A stretch of DNA of 63,679 nt, counting the filler, from Saprolegnia diclina VS20 (lineage: Eukaryota): NCBI RefSeq assembly GCF_000281045.1. It is 8 parts of 2 records of this genome, joined end to end, with 100 filler letters (N's around TTAATTAATTAA, not from the genome) between each part and the next. Parts side by side here need not be neighbours in the genome. Positions count along the whole stretch, not along the records: positions 1 to 3,572 come from NW_008246140.1; positions 3,673 to 19,135 come from NW_008246140.1; 6 more parts are not named here. The stretch is one strand, 5' to 3'. Shown one piece after another: positions 1-12,367 of this stretch. Every line of letters begins with the position of its first letter. Within the stretch, counting starts at the first letter, position 1. The notes under the pieces were generated by a model, which saw only the letters and a program-made list of their open reading frames with translations, searched no databases and was not told where the DNA came from. The translations under genes were made by a program, and so were the position numbers.

Positions 1-329
1 TTTCATCATGTCAATAATCAATGAACTAAGTTCTCAGTTCGATCTGCCGGTCGCTAGAAGGTCGTCCGTGCAAGACACGTCTCCACACGGGCCGTTTCCA
101 AGCAGTGGAAGAGGTTTTCCGCGCAAGTCCGAGCGATCTAGAAGACCAAGATCAAAAAGCAAACGCAAGAAAGATCCAAGATCCAAGATCCAGGCGCAGA
201 GCAAGCCAGCTCAAGCCATTTCCAAACTGTTTGTCAAGTAGCGAACCCGCCTCGCCCACCACTGATACGGCGGACACCAACACGGTTGTTGCCCCCAAGT
301 AGTTCGGTCTTGATTGAGGAAATTGCTTT

Positions 330-723
330 ACGTGTGATCTTGCACCACGTACTTTCCACTTGGCAATTGCTAAAATCAACGTGTCGTTTCCGAGACCATA
401 CCATGACCACTGCCCTTTCCATTGTGGGACTATAACACACGTGTGCCTGTTAAATCGAAGAAAGAAAAGAAAAGAAGGACGAAGTTCGATCTGACGAGAC
501 CATAATGCTCTGAGCTGCAAATAACATAAATAAGTCGGCCCACTAAAACTCCAGCTTTTTGGAAAGGACGCCGAGTATGGGGGTTGTTCAGACATGACAT
601 CGATAGCGAAGACAATGCAACGCAGGACTCGGTCATAAACGACACGAAGGAGCCAGAATCAACTAGTGCATCGTAGTAGAGTAGATCACCGGCACCATTC
701 TGCATCACAGCTTCCACGGTCAC
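330..723 (-). mobile_element. Possible degraded LTR-retrotransposon aspartic protease remnant
   Basis: ORF 430..723 contains ALVDSGSFVSFM, resembling the retropepsin D-S/T-G motif. An LGNDTL segment lies downstream in another frame (ORF 152..595). No RT or integrase is recognisable. Confidence 0.3.
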
Positions 724-851
724 ACTTCGTCAACCTCAAAACGACGGATGTGCCCGCAAGGCGGTGGTTTCCCTTCTGTTTACAACCCTGTACGGGCAAC
801 GGTCGGTAACCCATTTTCACGTGTTTCAAGTCGCACGACCAGCCAAGTAGG

Positions 852-3050
852 ATGATGCCAGTACCGATGGCGGACGGGCCGCCACGCCACGACGCCTCGG
901 CAGCGTACGCATTGCACAACGATGACCAGAGAGTCTTGCCATTCCAAATCTCGAGTACGCTCGACGCCCGCACAAAATCGAGCCGGCTCTCGGCACTGAC
1001 GCTGCCCTACTACTGCGCGGGCGCTCACTGCAGCCACGTATGGACGCCAGCTGCGATCGCGTCGGCCGTCACTGAGTTTCCTTTGCATCGGCACGGGGCT
1101 CTGCGGCTTCTGGATGCGGTGCTGCGCTGCCGGGCTACGCCGCGCGTCAAGTACTTTTGCCAAACGTGCAATGAAAACCTGACGGCGCGCGAGAAGGAGG
1201 ACGCGACGCCGAGCGCCGAGCACCCGAGCGTCGCGGCGCCAAGCATGTCCCACCAACTCCGCATCTACAGCGCGACGATCAACTTGATACAAAGATACCT
1301 CGTTTGGCTGCTCCTGCTCGTCCTTTCGTTTCCAATCATGGGTCTCCTCTTGGCAACACCCTCGGTCGCCAACGCCGTATGTCCGACGCCGCTTCGAAAG
1401 CTCTGGACGATTGTACCGCGCATCTACGTCTTGTATCTCTGTGCCTATGTCTATGGCGTCGCCACGGGCATTGCAGTGTCGTTCGCGTTCATCGCTGACG
1501 TACTGCTCTGGGCCTGGCTCGAAGCGACGACGGTCTTTCTAGCGTGTATTGGCATCCTTGCTGTCGCTGCCAAGCGAGACGACGTTGGTGCCCCCTCGAC
1601 CTCGGAGATTGACGTCGGGCGCGGGCTCGTCTGGGTCCTCTTCCCGCAGTACAAGGTGCACCAGCTACTGCATTTGCTCCACGTGGCCCCGACGCCGCAG
1701 CTCATTGCGCACGCCAGCGTCGCTAAGTACGGCTATAACCTCGCGGACGCCGTTGTTCTCGACAAGCGAGCGCACCCGATATGCCCCAATGCATTGCCAG
1801 GTGTGTTTATGGCCCGCCAAGTCAAGTGGCCTCGCATGCTCTTGGCGATCGCAGTCCTCGCGCTCGTCGGCTGCAATGTGGTGCTTGTGGTTGCGTGGAC
1901 AGCGGGGGTACTCCCGGGCGTCCCGTTTGTCGTCCCAGGTTTGGTCAACGGCGCAGACTACGTCAACTATACGGTCACGGGCAGCATGGCGCCGCTCTGT
2001 ACATCGTTGAATGGGTCGCACCACGCCCTTTGGAACCTGCAGTTGAGCCCGGTGCCGTCGGCGGCGTCCGGACTCTACCCGCTCGACCTTGCCTTTTTGG
2101 ATAAAAATGGGAGCGCCACGTCATTTTTCGTGACAACGGCGTGGGGGCTACCAGTACAGCGTCAAGACAACCTGTCGGTGCAAGTCGGTCTTGTCGACGG
2201 ACAAGGATCCTGGAGCTTTCTCGGGCGGTTCGAGAATACAACCAGTTGCAACGACGTCGGCGCGCTGCTCCCAGTTGTCTCGGTGCCCGACTTTGTGTGG
2301 CTCGAAGCCGACGTTGTCAATGACAACCGGGCTGGTCTTGCACCCTTTGCGCTACTGCTCTTGATCAAACACCTCTTGCAGTCGACATGGCTCAGCGTTC
2401 TCACGACATCCTTGGCGCTCGGTGTCCATCGGCTCTGGGCGCAATTCGACTCGATGCGACTCGAGCCAACAAGCTCGTTCGAGACGGGTGTCGTCGTCGA
2501 GTGCACGGTCGGCACGAACCTCGAGGCGTGGTTCCGCGTCCGGCAAGGCGTCGTCGCTGCCACGTCCTTCTACACAGCGCTGCTCGATGGGTTTGTGCTG
2601 CTGGCGAGTCTGCAAGCCGCAGTGGCGTTTGGTGGTCTTCTTTGCTACTGCATGCTAGGAACCGCGCCGATACCGACGTACTATGTGCTCTTGGGTGCTC
2701 TTGTTGGCGCGCTACCGACGCTGCTCGCGCTGCTGCCCGTGGCGCTCGCCTCGTCGTTGCGGCGGCGCCACCTCGCGTTGCTCGAGAAGCTGCAGCTCGA
2801 GATCGCGGCCGCGCAGCATCGCGCGCCAGAGAGTGGGCTTGCGTCGCTCTTGGGTTTTCTCGACCGACTGGTGGCGGTCCTCGCGCGAAGCGAGGATCGA
2901 ATTGACGTCGCCGGCGTCGCGATCTCGCTGCGCCGGCTCGGCGCCGTCGGCGTGCTCCTCGTAACCGGTTTGGCCTACGTCGGGTGCCACCCTGTCAACT
3001 CTATCTGGGCAGCGTCCAACGATTTCTATTTTGTGTATTATGGATACTAA
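852..3050 (+). CDS. Multi-pass membrane protein with a PHTF/7TMIC (gustatory-receptor-like) C-terminus
   Basis: 732-aa ORF with several hydrophobic segments and a loop carrying N-glycosylation sequons (NYT, NGS, NLS, NTT). The C-terminus reads NLEAWFRVR...LLEKLQLEI...RIDVAGVAISLRRLGAVGVLLVT. The start codon is uncertain. Confidence 0.7.
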   Translation: MMPVPMADGPPRHDASAAYALHNDDQRVLPFQISSTLDARTKSSRLSALTLPYYCAGAHCSHVWTPAAIASAVTEFPLHRHGALRLLDAVLRCRATPRVKYFCQTCNENLTAREKEDATPSAEHPSVAAPSMSHQLRIYSATINLIQRYLVWLLLLVLSFPIMGLLLATPSVANAVCPTPLRKLWTIVPRIYVLYLCAYVYGVATGIAVSFAFIADVLLWAWLEATTVFLACIGILAVAAKRDDVGAPSTSEIDVGRGLVWVLFPQYKVHQLLHLLHVAPTPQLIAHASVAKYGYNLADAVVLDKRAHPICPNALPGVFMARQVKWPRMLLAIAVLALVGCNVVLVVAWTAGVLPGVPFVVPGLVNGADYVNYTVTGSMAPLCTSLNGSHHALWNLQLSPVPSAASGLYPLDLAFLDKNGSATSFFVTTAWGLPVQRQDNLSVQVGLVDGQGSWSFLGRFENTTSCNDVGALLPVVSVPDFVWLEADVVNDNRAGLAPFALLLLIKHLLQSTWLSVLTTSLALGVHRLWAQFDSMRLEPTSSFETGVVVECTVGTNLEAWFRVRQGVVAATSFYTALLDGFVLLASLQAAVAFGGLLCYCMLGTAPIPTYYVLLGALVGALPTLLALLPVALASSLRRRHLALLEKLQLEIAAAQHRAPESGLASLLGFLDRLVAVLARSEDRIDVAGVAISLRRLGAVGVLLVTGLAYVGCHPVNSIWAASNDFYFVYYGY

Positions 3051-3616
3051 ACGATACATGACGACGCTTGATTCAGTGGGGCCCGCTCGAATCAACTTTT
3101 TTATCAACTTGGTGGAGTTATTGCCCAAAGGTGTACTCTCGTTTCTTAGGGCAGCCAGATAAATACTACAGTGGTTTGAGTGGTGCAGGGAGCTCACACT
3201 GTACAAAAGACAGTGGACGTGAGTCCCCTGCCGTCCACTCTGCGCTGAGTATCTTCCATCGCCATGCACAGAGCCCACCAACTGGTCCTCGAGCGACTGG
3301 ACTACTGGACGCGGATACAGCAAAGGGACTCTCCGTAGAGTGCAGAGGTGCGTAGAGGTTGCGGCTTGGCCAACTGGAGATATATTTTCGATGCTTCTTG
3401 AAGTCGAATATGGTTTCCCGGTTTGCGACGACAAAGCAGGTGGCTTGACCGTGCTGGTTCCTCTGTGAAGAGCCGCCTCTTGCCACTCCCCTCGATCTTC
3501 TCCTACAGGAGCTTCGATAACAACGCGACGACGGTTCGAATCTGGACAGATCCGCGACGACATACCCGTATANNNNNNNNNNNNNNNNNNNNNNNNNNNN
3601 NNNNNNNNNNNNNNNN

Positions 3617-3628
3617 TTAATTAATTAA
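3617..3628. other. Artificial contig linker TTAATTAATTAA (stops in all six frames) within N run
   Basis: Identical 12-mer flanked by N runs; occurs seven times in the window. Confidence 0.95.
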
Positions 3629-4437
3629 NNNNNNNNNNNNNNNNNNNNNNNNNNNNNNNNNNNNNNNNNNNNTTCCCAAACCCTTGTGAGAGTTCGCTCT
3701 GAGTAGCGCGCCGCGCCAACTGTGTGGTTTTGTAGACAGCTCTTGTAGACCGTCGAGACCGAAATGACAATATTGCGCCACTTGGTTCAGGCGAGTGCTC
3801 GCTTTCGCGTGACGAACGTGCGCGCACACAACAGCAGCCTCGTGGTCGCTGCAAACGTGAGGCTTTGCCATGCTAGGGCATAATAGTGTAAGGCACGAAA
3901 TGCGAATTGCTAATCTCAACAGACATTTCTCGATTGCATCTTTGCATCTAGTACGTAGTAGTGCTGTGCCAACACAATTGGTTGGCACGTGTGAAATGCA
4001 GTGATATTTCGACATTTTTCACGCGGTTTCCCGCCACGAGACAGTGGGCGAGACAGTGTTTCCATCCAGCGCAATCATCTAGACCATTACCGAGGTCGCA
4101 CCGAGGTGCTTGGCAACACATGTTGCTTGGCGCGGCCGGCCAGCGACATTGCCCCATGGCGATCGGACGGGTCCTTTGGCGGGCTGGCTACGATTGTGTC
4201 TGCTACGTGAGCGTTCAAACCTGTTCCTTGTGCGCGCCAGAGTGTGGCCTAGCCCCCTCCACCCATCCATTAGCATCACCCGACGATGTCAAGTGCGAGT
4301 GTACTGTTTACATGCTCTCCGTCGCAGCCGGTGTCGGTGGCATTACAACTCGACGGCTGGATCTGCCAAGACCGCTGTCGCAGCCATTTTGACGGAGCGC
4401 AATTTTGAATTTGTGTCGTGGGCCACGCATCGACAGC

Positions 4438-6020
4438 ATGGTCAAGCGCCACCTCCTCGACGATTTGTCCAAGGACTTGCCGCCCCACTTTCTCGCGGCG
4501 CCGCCGCTCAGCGACGACGAGAGCGAGTACCTCCAGAAGCTTGCGCACCAGTCATTTCAGTCGTTCCTCCAGTCGACGCTCGATGTGCACCCGATTGAAG
4601 TGCCGGGTTGGAAGTCCAAGGGGTGCCATGAAGGCGTCGACATCTTCCAGGGTCCACGCTACACGTCGGCGTCCAACATTCGCCCGTACCGCTTCATTAC
4701 GTCCATGGAAGGCACCCTCGAGGAAGTCGAGGCCGTCCTCTCCAACGTCTCGGACGACCAGATCCAGAATGCCCTCGAGCATTACCTGGAAGGGATCCTC
4801 GACATGACCATCTTGCACCATGTGAGCTCGCCGTCCGCGCTCGATGAGTCGTCGACAAGTGAGCGCAGCGACGCGAGCGACGCCCCGAACGAACATATTC
4901 TCGTGCGCTGGTTTGCGACGCAGTGCCCGCGGCCGCTCCACAATCGCGATTTCTGCGTCCTCGAGGTACATTGGCACATCTTTGTTGGCGGTTTGAAAAG
5001 GCTGATTAATGTTGAATCAGATGAACCGCAAGTGGACCCTGCCGTCAGGCAAGCGCGTCTGGGCGGCATCCCAGCACTCGATTCGCCTCCCGACGTGCCC
5101 CGATCTCAAGCCAAGCCTCAAGTTTGTGCGCGCGTCCGTCTTCAACTCGGGGTACGCACGACGACAATATTGTCGATTTGTGAAAAAGGAATCAACTCAT
5201 ATGATGATGGTTAGCGTGCTCTACATCGAGTCGGACGAACCTGGGCGACTGGAGATGCACATGCGCCTCGAACTCGACTTTAAGGGGCCGACGCCGCAGT
5301 GGTTCTTCAAAATGATGATGAAGCGCCGGGCTGCGAGCTTTGGCCGCGTCGGCAGCTACATTGAAAAGTACCGTGTCTTGCAGCAGCTCTCGGCGAGCTC
5401 GGGGCGCGACCGCACCGCTGTCGTAAGACGCTCTCGATTCGATCTCAATCTCAAACTTCATAGAAAATGATCCCGCTCAAGAAACGCAAGCACTGCCAGC
5501 TCTGCACGCAAAAGTTCAACCCGCTGCGATGGAAAGTCAACTGCTCGTGTTGCGGCGAAGTGTTTTGCTATAAATGCACCGAGCACCAACGCGTGCCGGG
5601 CCGGCCACGCGACATGGAGCAAGTGTGTTTTGCCTGCGCCCGCCCCCAAGAGCTGCAAACCGGCACCCCGGTAGTCCTCGGTACGACATTGCCGTTCCCA
5701 CATGGAGAGGTGACATTGCACTTGTAGGGTCGCCCATCTGGAGCTCGCCGACGCGCCACAGCACGTGTGTATATCGACCGGCCGCAGCCGCCGATGTGCT
5801 CTGCGCCACGCTCTCGGTCGGCTGGGAGGAAGCGGACGAAGCATCGGTGGAGCCCGAGTCGTACATCCAAGGTGCCTCCGACATGAGCGAAGACTCGTGG
5901 TACGACAACGATCTCAACGACTCGACGGGCTTTCAGCGCCGGGACGAGAACGACGACGTCGACTTGGCCGATTTTCAGCTCAATTTGCAATTTCGCCCGT
6001 CCTCCGAGCGTCGGGTTTAG
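4438..6020 (+). CDS. START-like lipid-binding domain + FYVE-like zinc finger protein (copy 1, 5 exons)
   Basis: Inferred GT-AG introns at 4966-5020, 5152-5214, 5423-5463 and 5681-5727 join the ORFs in frame. Contains the START motif NRDFCVLE and the FYVE-like CQLCTQKF...CSCCGEVFCYKC...VCFAC. Confidence 0.85.
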
Positions 6021-7720
6021 GATTTACGACCGTTAGTGGCTAGCTCTATTTGTCAAGAACACGCGCTGTATCTGTGCTCTACCTCGTACCTCTCCCGATA
6101 GTAGTTCGATCGTCGCACGCCAGATTCCGTTGTCCTCTGCGAGAAGCCGGCATCGCATTGTTTGTCAAGAGGCTGACAAGGGTTGGGCCCATCCGCCGAT
6201 ACAGTAGATACGGCGTGGTGCCGAGTGCAAGGGATTTGCTGACTACGCTCTAACGTATGATTCTCTGAAGCAGCACGTGCGTCCCATCTCGCTCGGGTTG
6301 CGATGAACGCGCGAGTCAAAGTCAAAGCATGCCGGGCCAAAGACCTAGCCCTCAACAAAAAAAGACTCATGTGTTACGGATGACCTATCTGGGCGAGGCA
6401 CTCGGTATCGCAATCTATCAGCAAGGGCGCCAACGACTCACCCAAGGCTGCGGATCGAGTTCACAGGTGGCTCTTCGATTCGAGCCGACATTGGCATATG
6501 CAGAGCCGTGGCCATTTGCTTCTTCTGCTCATTCGTGCGCCGAGCAATCATCTTCCAGACCGCGCCGTCTGCCGCGCCTTGACTAGCGCCTGATTTATGA
6601 CCACCAAGGACTATTAACCTTACGCATTACGTTTGCCTTTCACAAAATTCAAAGCATTAGCATAGCGTTCATCAACATCAACGTTTAGACGAAAGCGCAA
6701 AGACTACGCAATGAAAAAGATACTAGTACGCTCTTGATCGAGGTACTCAATGCGTGACCACGTCCGCGTGATCACTCGTGGTGTAATGACATCACGCCGG
6801 CGCGTTGCGCGATCCTTCTCCGTCACAATGGCACCAGCTTCTTTGCAAACGGGCTACGATTACTGGTAGCTATACGAGTTATTGATGGAGCCGCAGCAGC
6901 TGCAACGTTCACTTAAGCGGAAGAATGGAAACATGACTGTTTGAGAGGACAGTGCTTCGATGAAATGAATACACGTGGCACTGTGGACGTACGTTGCCAG
7001 GTCGAATCATGTGTGCCGCGTGCACATTGCAGTTCCAACGGCGGGAAGCGGTAGAAGTGGTGCAGCAGGTATCTTTTTGAAACGCCTTTTTCCAAGAATT
7101 GAAGTTGCACATCGTTTAGTTCTCCACAACCCCTCGTGCAAACAGAATACAAACAGAATGCACGATTCGATATCGACGACTCGTGACAGGTCGGAGCAAC
7201 CCGAGAAGTGGATGAATCGTGGCCAAGCGACAATAACGTTAGAAAAATATGGCCCCTTGGTTGTGCGCCGCTCGCCTTTGTACCAGGCACGGTGCAACGT
7301 TGCTCGGGTCGAGAATGATGCGTACGAACTTGACGGATCGTTTACTTGGCCGAGTCGACACGCAAGATTCCAATACGAGATATCCCACGAGCAATCGACG
7401 GCCCGTGAGCAACGCGCGCGGACCACTGTCATCTCTACAGCCACCGTCAAGCGCCCCCGAGACACGTGTGTTGTGCCTAGCGGACTCAGCGCCTTGTCTT
7501 GGGTACACACCTCTCTATCTACTGCGATGCTTTTGCTGGGTGGAGTTGAGTCAGCCACCCTTTTGTTTTTCTTTGGGCACCCCGAGTTTGCCGTGCATTT
7601 GGCCTGCGTACCGTCATACGGACGGCCATATGGCGCTGTCCATGTCCGGCAATCCAGAGTGGTATCGCGCGGAAGCATCATCGAGCCTCTTTGCACTTTG
7701 CAGTTTACCCCGCGACACAC

Positions 7721-9126
7721 ATGAGCTCCCACCGCGACGAGGTACCCTTGTCCCTTGCCCAGGCAGCGTCCATTACGCGGGATGGCCACTCTGCGGCCAA
7801 TGACCTTCTGGACCACTACCACGACTTTTGCTCGGCCCCCGCGTCGTGGCGGCTGCTTCGCAACGAGCGCAACGTTCAACTGTTCCAAGGTCCTGGCCAA
7901 CACGTGCGCAGTGCGTACCGATTCGCGACGTCTATTACCGCATCGCTGGACGAGGTCAAGGCCCACACGACCAACCTCACACCGAATGACATGAAGGCTA
8001 CCATGGACAAGTACGCCGATGGCATCCTGGACATGAAGGTGCTGCACCGGCTTCAGACACCAACCGTGGCCGAACCCGAGCTCCAAGTACTTGTGCGCTG
8101 GTTCGTCACCGAATGTCCGTCGCCGTTGCACCACCGCGACTTTTGCGTGGCCGAGGTATGGTGTTGATGGTGTCGTCTTGTCGGTAGTCATACAACCGCT
8201 GCAGGTGCAAAACCGGTGGACGTTACCGTCCGGACAGCGCGCGTGGGGTGTTGTCCAGCACTCGGTCAAGGTGCCAAGCTGTCCGGACCTACTCTCGACG
8301 GTGCGCTACCAACGAGGCCAGATGTATCATTTTGGGCTCTTGTACGTCGAGGACCCGAGTCGACCCGGCGTTCTCACTGCGTTTTTGCATCTCGAGTTTG
8401 ACTTCAAAGGCTGGACTCCGGCGTGGCTATACCCGTTTCTCATGGCGCGGCGAGCGCGCAGTGTATCGAAAATCCCGCATTTTCTCGCGGCGCGGCGACT
8501 CGAAGATCACGGCGGTACCCGCCGGTCGCGGACCGTAGGCGCCGACGAGCACAAGCACTGTCAGTACTGCACGCGCAAGTTTGGCCCGCTTCGGTGGCGC
8601 GTGCGCTGCAGCAGCTGTGACGAGGTAGATCAACTCGATGATTGCATCCGATGCAAACATGTATGTGGTAGGTGTTTTGTACGCACTGCGCCCCCCCAAG
8701 GGATGTCGATCGCACGTGCGTCGAGTGCCAGTTTCAGAGCGCGTGTGCTTCCCGCGAGAGCACCGACCGATCGTCTGGTACGAGCGCCGCTATCGCAGTC
8801 AGCGCACTCAATACGTAGGGGTAGGCTCGAATACGACGCCGGTGCGCCGAGTTCGCTCGTGGCGCGACATCACGCAAGTGACATCACACTCGCACGCCCG
8901 GGACCGCATGTGCTTTGCGACACCCGCCTCGAGCGAGACCCAAGTAAAGCTGGGGAGTGGCTTGCCTCTCATGGACTACGAGCTCCAAATTGCGATCGAG
9001 CCGCGTATCAAGACCGACAACGACGGCGAAGACGACTGGAATTTGCGCTTGCTGCGAGTTCAAGCCCAGATTCGATACGAACGACGTCAGAGCCGGCTTT
9101 GTTACCGCAAGGATGCGTTTTCCTAA
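7721..9126 (+). CDS. START-like + FYVE-like protein (copy 2)
   Basis: ATG at 7721 follows an Inr/FPR-like GCACTTTGCAGTTTACC. Introns at 8156-8204 and 8625-8671, plus a probable third at about 8778-8825. Motifs HRDFCVAE and CQYCTRKF...CSSCDEVFCTHC...TCVEC. Confidence 0.8.
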
Positions 9127-10370
9127 GGCACACCGCTTTGTATACTATATACTCGAATCTATGTACCGGGCTATAAAACTGTGCTATTTGGAGCCCAACA
9201 CGGCTATGCACTCCCTCTTGTGCAGTGTGGGGGGCTGTGATCACTGGACCAGTTTTACCCTACCCCTCCCTAGCCCTATAGACCAGCAGAAAGGCTCGCG
9301 CGTACTCGATGGGTAATGCGTTTGACGGATTCTTAGGTGCACCCGACGTTCTATCTCACCTTTACGCACGACCCAGCCTCTTCCAGTGTTATGTCGGCAT
9401 CTGATTCGGCACCATTTCAAAATTACAAGAACAATGACATGGATGCATATGCACGCAAACTTACTCGCCGACTGCTCTACTGAAATGGGTTCGACGAATT
9501 GGTTCGACTGCATGGTGGTGCGTCTCGAACGAGCCTCGACCAACTGACGTTATGGTTGGCCCATTCTTCTCTTCTACATAATCGGTACAACCTCCGCAGT
9601 TGAAGGCTTGGTTTGGCTCGTCCATTTTTCTCTGGCCCACACGTGTTGTCTTATGCCAACTGCAATAGTTTGAGTCTGGGAGGACCAGCCAATGTGTTAT
9701 GTAGCACAGTCGACGCCAGACGGTGTGCAACTGGCAGACAGCTTCAGGCACAACAGCAGATTCTGGGCAACCAATTTCGTAACGAAACCAGATCCACAGT
9801 ACTAGTACTAGGATGCTGGTCGTATCTGGTGGAAACGGCGTCAGCAGACCATTGTCCAAGTATCATGTCGATACCGCACATCGTTGACACATCATTCACG
9901 AGGGTTCTGTCGGAGCTGGTTCTTATTTGAAGAATAAGAACCAACTCAGAACTAGTACATTGGACTGCAGCATTGAGCTCTCGTAATCTAGTAGTCGTGA
10001 ACGGCAGCGCGCAATCCATCCGTAGAGGCAGCGATCAAGGGTCGACTCTGGTCAGACAAAGTGGCGCACGGCGATGTCGCCATGACGAGATACCGGTACA
10101 AGAAGCTGGTTTACTTTGCTTCTGGAGGCGCGCGTCTGCCGAGTTGCAAATGGCGTGTGTATTCACCAGATTTAAGATTTAATGACAGGAGCGCGACGGT
10201 CGAACGACCAAACTCGGCTCATAGCGAAGGACAGACGTGTGGCGAAGCGCGTTCATACCAACCGTGTAATGTCTATCAACACCGACGTCGGGAAAACGTA
10301 CGTACTACGGTCTGGCGCCATCGCTTGCCATCCGCGAGTCATTGGATGAGTCTTCATTTTTCAAAACGCC

Positions 10371-11647
10371 ATGCGCCGCACCACCACCTCAAGCTCACAA
10401 GTGTGCACAGACGAGCCACTACCTCTCATCGAGGCAGCGACCATCAAGCTCGACTGTCGCGCCGCAGCGCAGGACCTCTTGAACTACTACGACGACTTTT
10501 GCTCGGCCCCCGCATCGTGGCGGCTGCTTCGCAACGAGCGCGGCGTCCAAATGCTTCAAGGTCCTGGCCGACACATGCGTCACGCGTACCGGTTCGCAAC
10601 CACGGTCACCGCATCGCTGGACGAGGTCAAGGCCCTCAACACCAACCTCACACCGACGGAGATGCGAGACACAATGGACAAGTACGCCGACGGCATCCTG
10701 GACATGCAGGTACTGCACCGGCTTCAGACACCAACCGTGGCCGAGCCAAACCTCCAAGTACTCGTGCGCTGGGTCGTCAACGCCTGTCCGTCGCCTCTAC
10801 TCCACCGCGACTTTTGTCTCGCCGAGGTACGATACAACTGTCTTCTTGTCTGTAGACAACTGACATGAAACCGTCACAGGTGCAAAACGGGTGGACGTTA
10901 CCGTCCGGACAGAGCGCGTGGGGTCTTGCCCAGCACTCGATCAAGGTGCCAAGCTGTCCGGACCTGCTCTCGACAAAGCGGTACCAGCGTGGTCAGGTAC
11001 ACCATTTCGGGCTCTTGTACGTCGAGCACGCGACTCGACCGGGCGTTCTGGTGCTATTCATGCACCTCGAATTGAACGTCAAGGGCTGGACACCGTCGTG
11101 GCTATACCCACGTCTCATGGCGCGCCAGGCGCGCAGTGTCTCCAAGCTCTCGCGACTCTTCACATCCATGCACGGCAAGGCGAAGAGCTCTACCCGCGCC
11201 GCGCCGACGCCCAAGCACTGTCAGTACTGTACGCGCCAATTTGGCCTCTTCCGGCCAAAAGTGCGCTGCAGCAACTGCAGCGAGGTCCGCCCTTTGATCT
11301 GTCACACACAGCGAGCTCACGGAGTGTGCTAGGTGTTTTGTGGGGCGTGCGCGCTGCCGTTTGAGAAGCGTCACATCTGCGTCGAGTGCCTCGCCGAGGA
11401 GGACGACCCGATCCTCGACGTGCAGTCGGGCAGCACTTGGAGCGGTACGTCTCGTGAAATGCACCACGGGATGCTGACGCTCTAGTTAGGCACGAGCCCG
11501 CACGGCGTCCAGTCGTGGCTTGACATGCGCAGCGAGCAGCAGCTGCGGCAGTTGAGCAAATGGGCGCGGTCGTCCCGCGGCAACGAAGAACGCAGCAACG
11601 TTCCGAGCGACCGGAACCTAAGACGAGCGCCGTCCTGTTCGACCTAG
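10371..11647 (+). CDS. START-like + FYVE-like protein (copy 3, close paralog of copy 2)
   Basis: Introns at 10827-10879, 11285-11332 and about 11445-11489. Motifs HRDFCLAE and CQYCTRQF...CSNCSEVFCGAC...ICVEC. High nucleotide similarity to 7800-8625. The 3' end is uncertain. Confidence 0.8.
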
Positions 11648-12086
11648 AGGTTCTTCGTGTCGACAGCCTTCAAGCGCTCGAATCGTTGCATGGAATGTGT
11701 CATACTATTTATCGTCTTCACGTTATGTTTGATCCAAGAGCCTTGTGCTACCAGAGCAGCTAGCTTCATGGTGGCATGCACACTAGTGGTGTATACCGTT
11801 CATAGACAATGCAGTATTTGCATGCCTACCTTGACCCATCATTGATACCAAGTTCACCGAAGCACGTAGCACGTGGTGTGCGTGAGGACCATGCGTGAGT
11901 ACTGCCCTTGATATAGTACCCGTCGCTTGTGACGAGGTAATCACGTGGCATGCGATGTGCTGTCTAGCCCACTGTTGCGATGAGATTCAAATCTCGGTGG
12001 TGACGACCGCCTTGGCATCGAGTCTCGTGCTGTTGACACGACGCTGTCGTCGATCGCTTCTGGCTACTGTGGTGGGACCCGCTGCA

Positions 12087-12329
12087 TCCACAGTCCAGAA
12101 CTCAGCCAAGGAGGACCCCGCACTCGAAGACTACGTCTGTCCAGCCGCTGCATCGCTCGTCAGGCATGCAAATGCAGAAGGCCGGTGCGACCTCGCAAAC
12201 AGAGCGTGTGAAGTCCTTCGCCACCGAAAACACCAGTCATTCATGGCTCCCAATCGATAGTCTGGACACGTGGCCGCCGACCAGTGCTAAGCGTCAAGTA
12301 AGATGAACCACAGGACGCAATATGAAAAA
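12087..12329. repeat. About 240-bp dispersed direct repeat, copy A (copy B 18903-19135)
   Basis: TCCACAGTCCAGAACTCAGCCAAGGAGGACCCC...CAGGACGCAATATGAAAAA occurs at both positions with few substitutions and indels. Confidence 0.9.
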
Positions 12330-12367
12330 GGGTATTTGGGTTAAATAGCATAAACGGTTGGACGCGA

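Noticed and set aside
3573..3672. Recurrent palindrome TTAATTAATTAA (seven times)
   Set aside because: It is always centred in a 100-nt N block and puts stops in all six frames, so it is an assembly linker. Gene adjacency across these linkers should not be interpreted.
7007..8269. 420-aa minus-strand ORF and similar long antisense ORFs (38394-40397, 50863-51816, 41114-42013)
   Set aside because: These are shadow ORFs opposite GC3-rich real genes and have no recognisable motifs.
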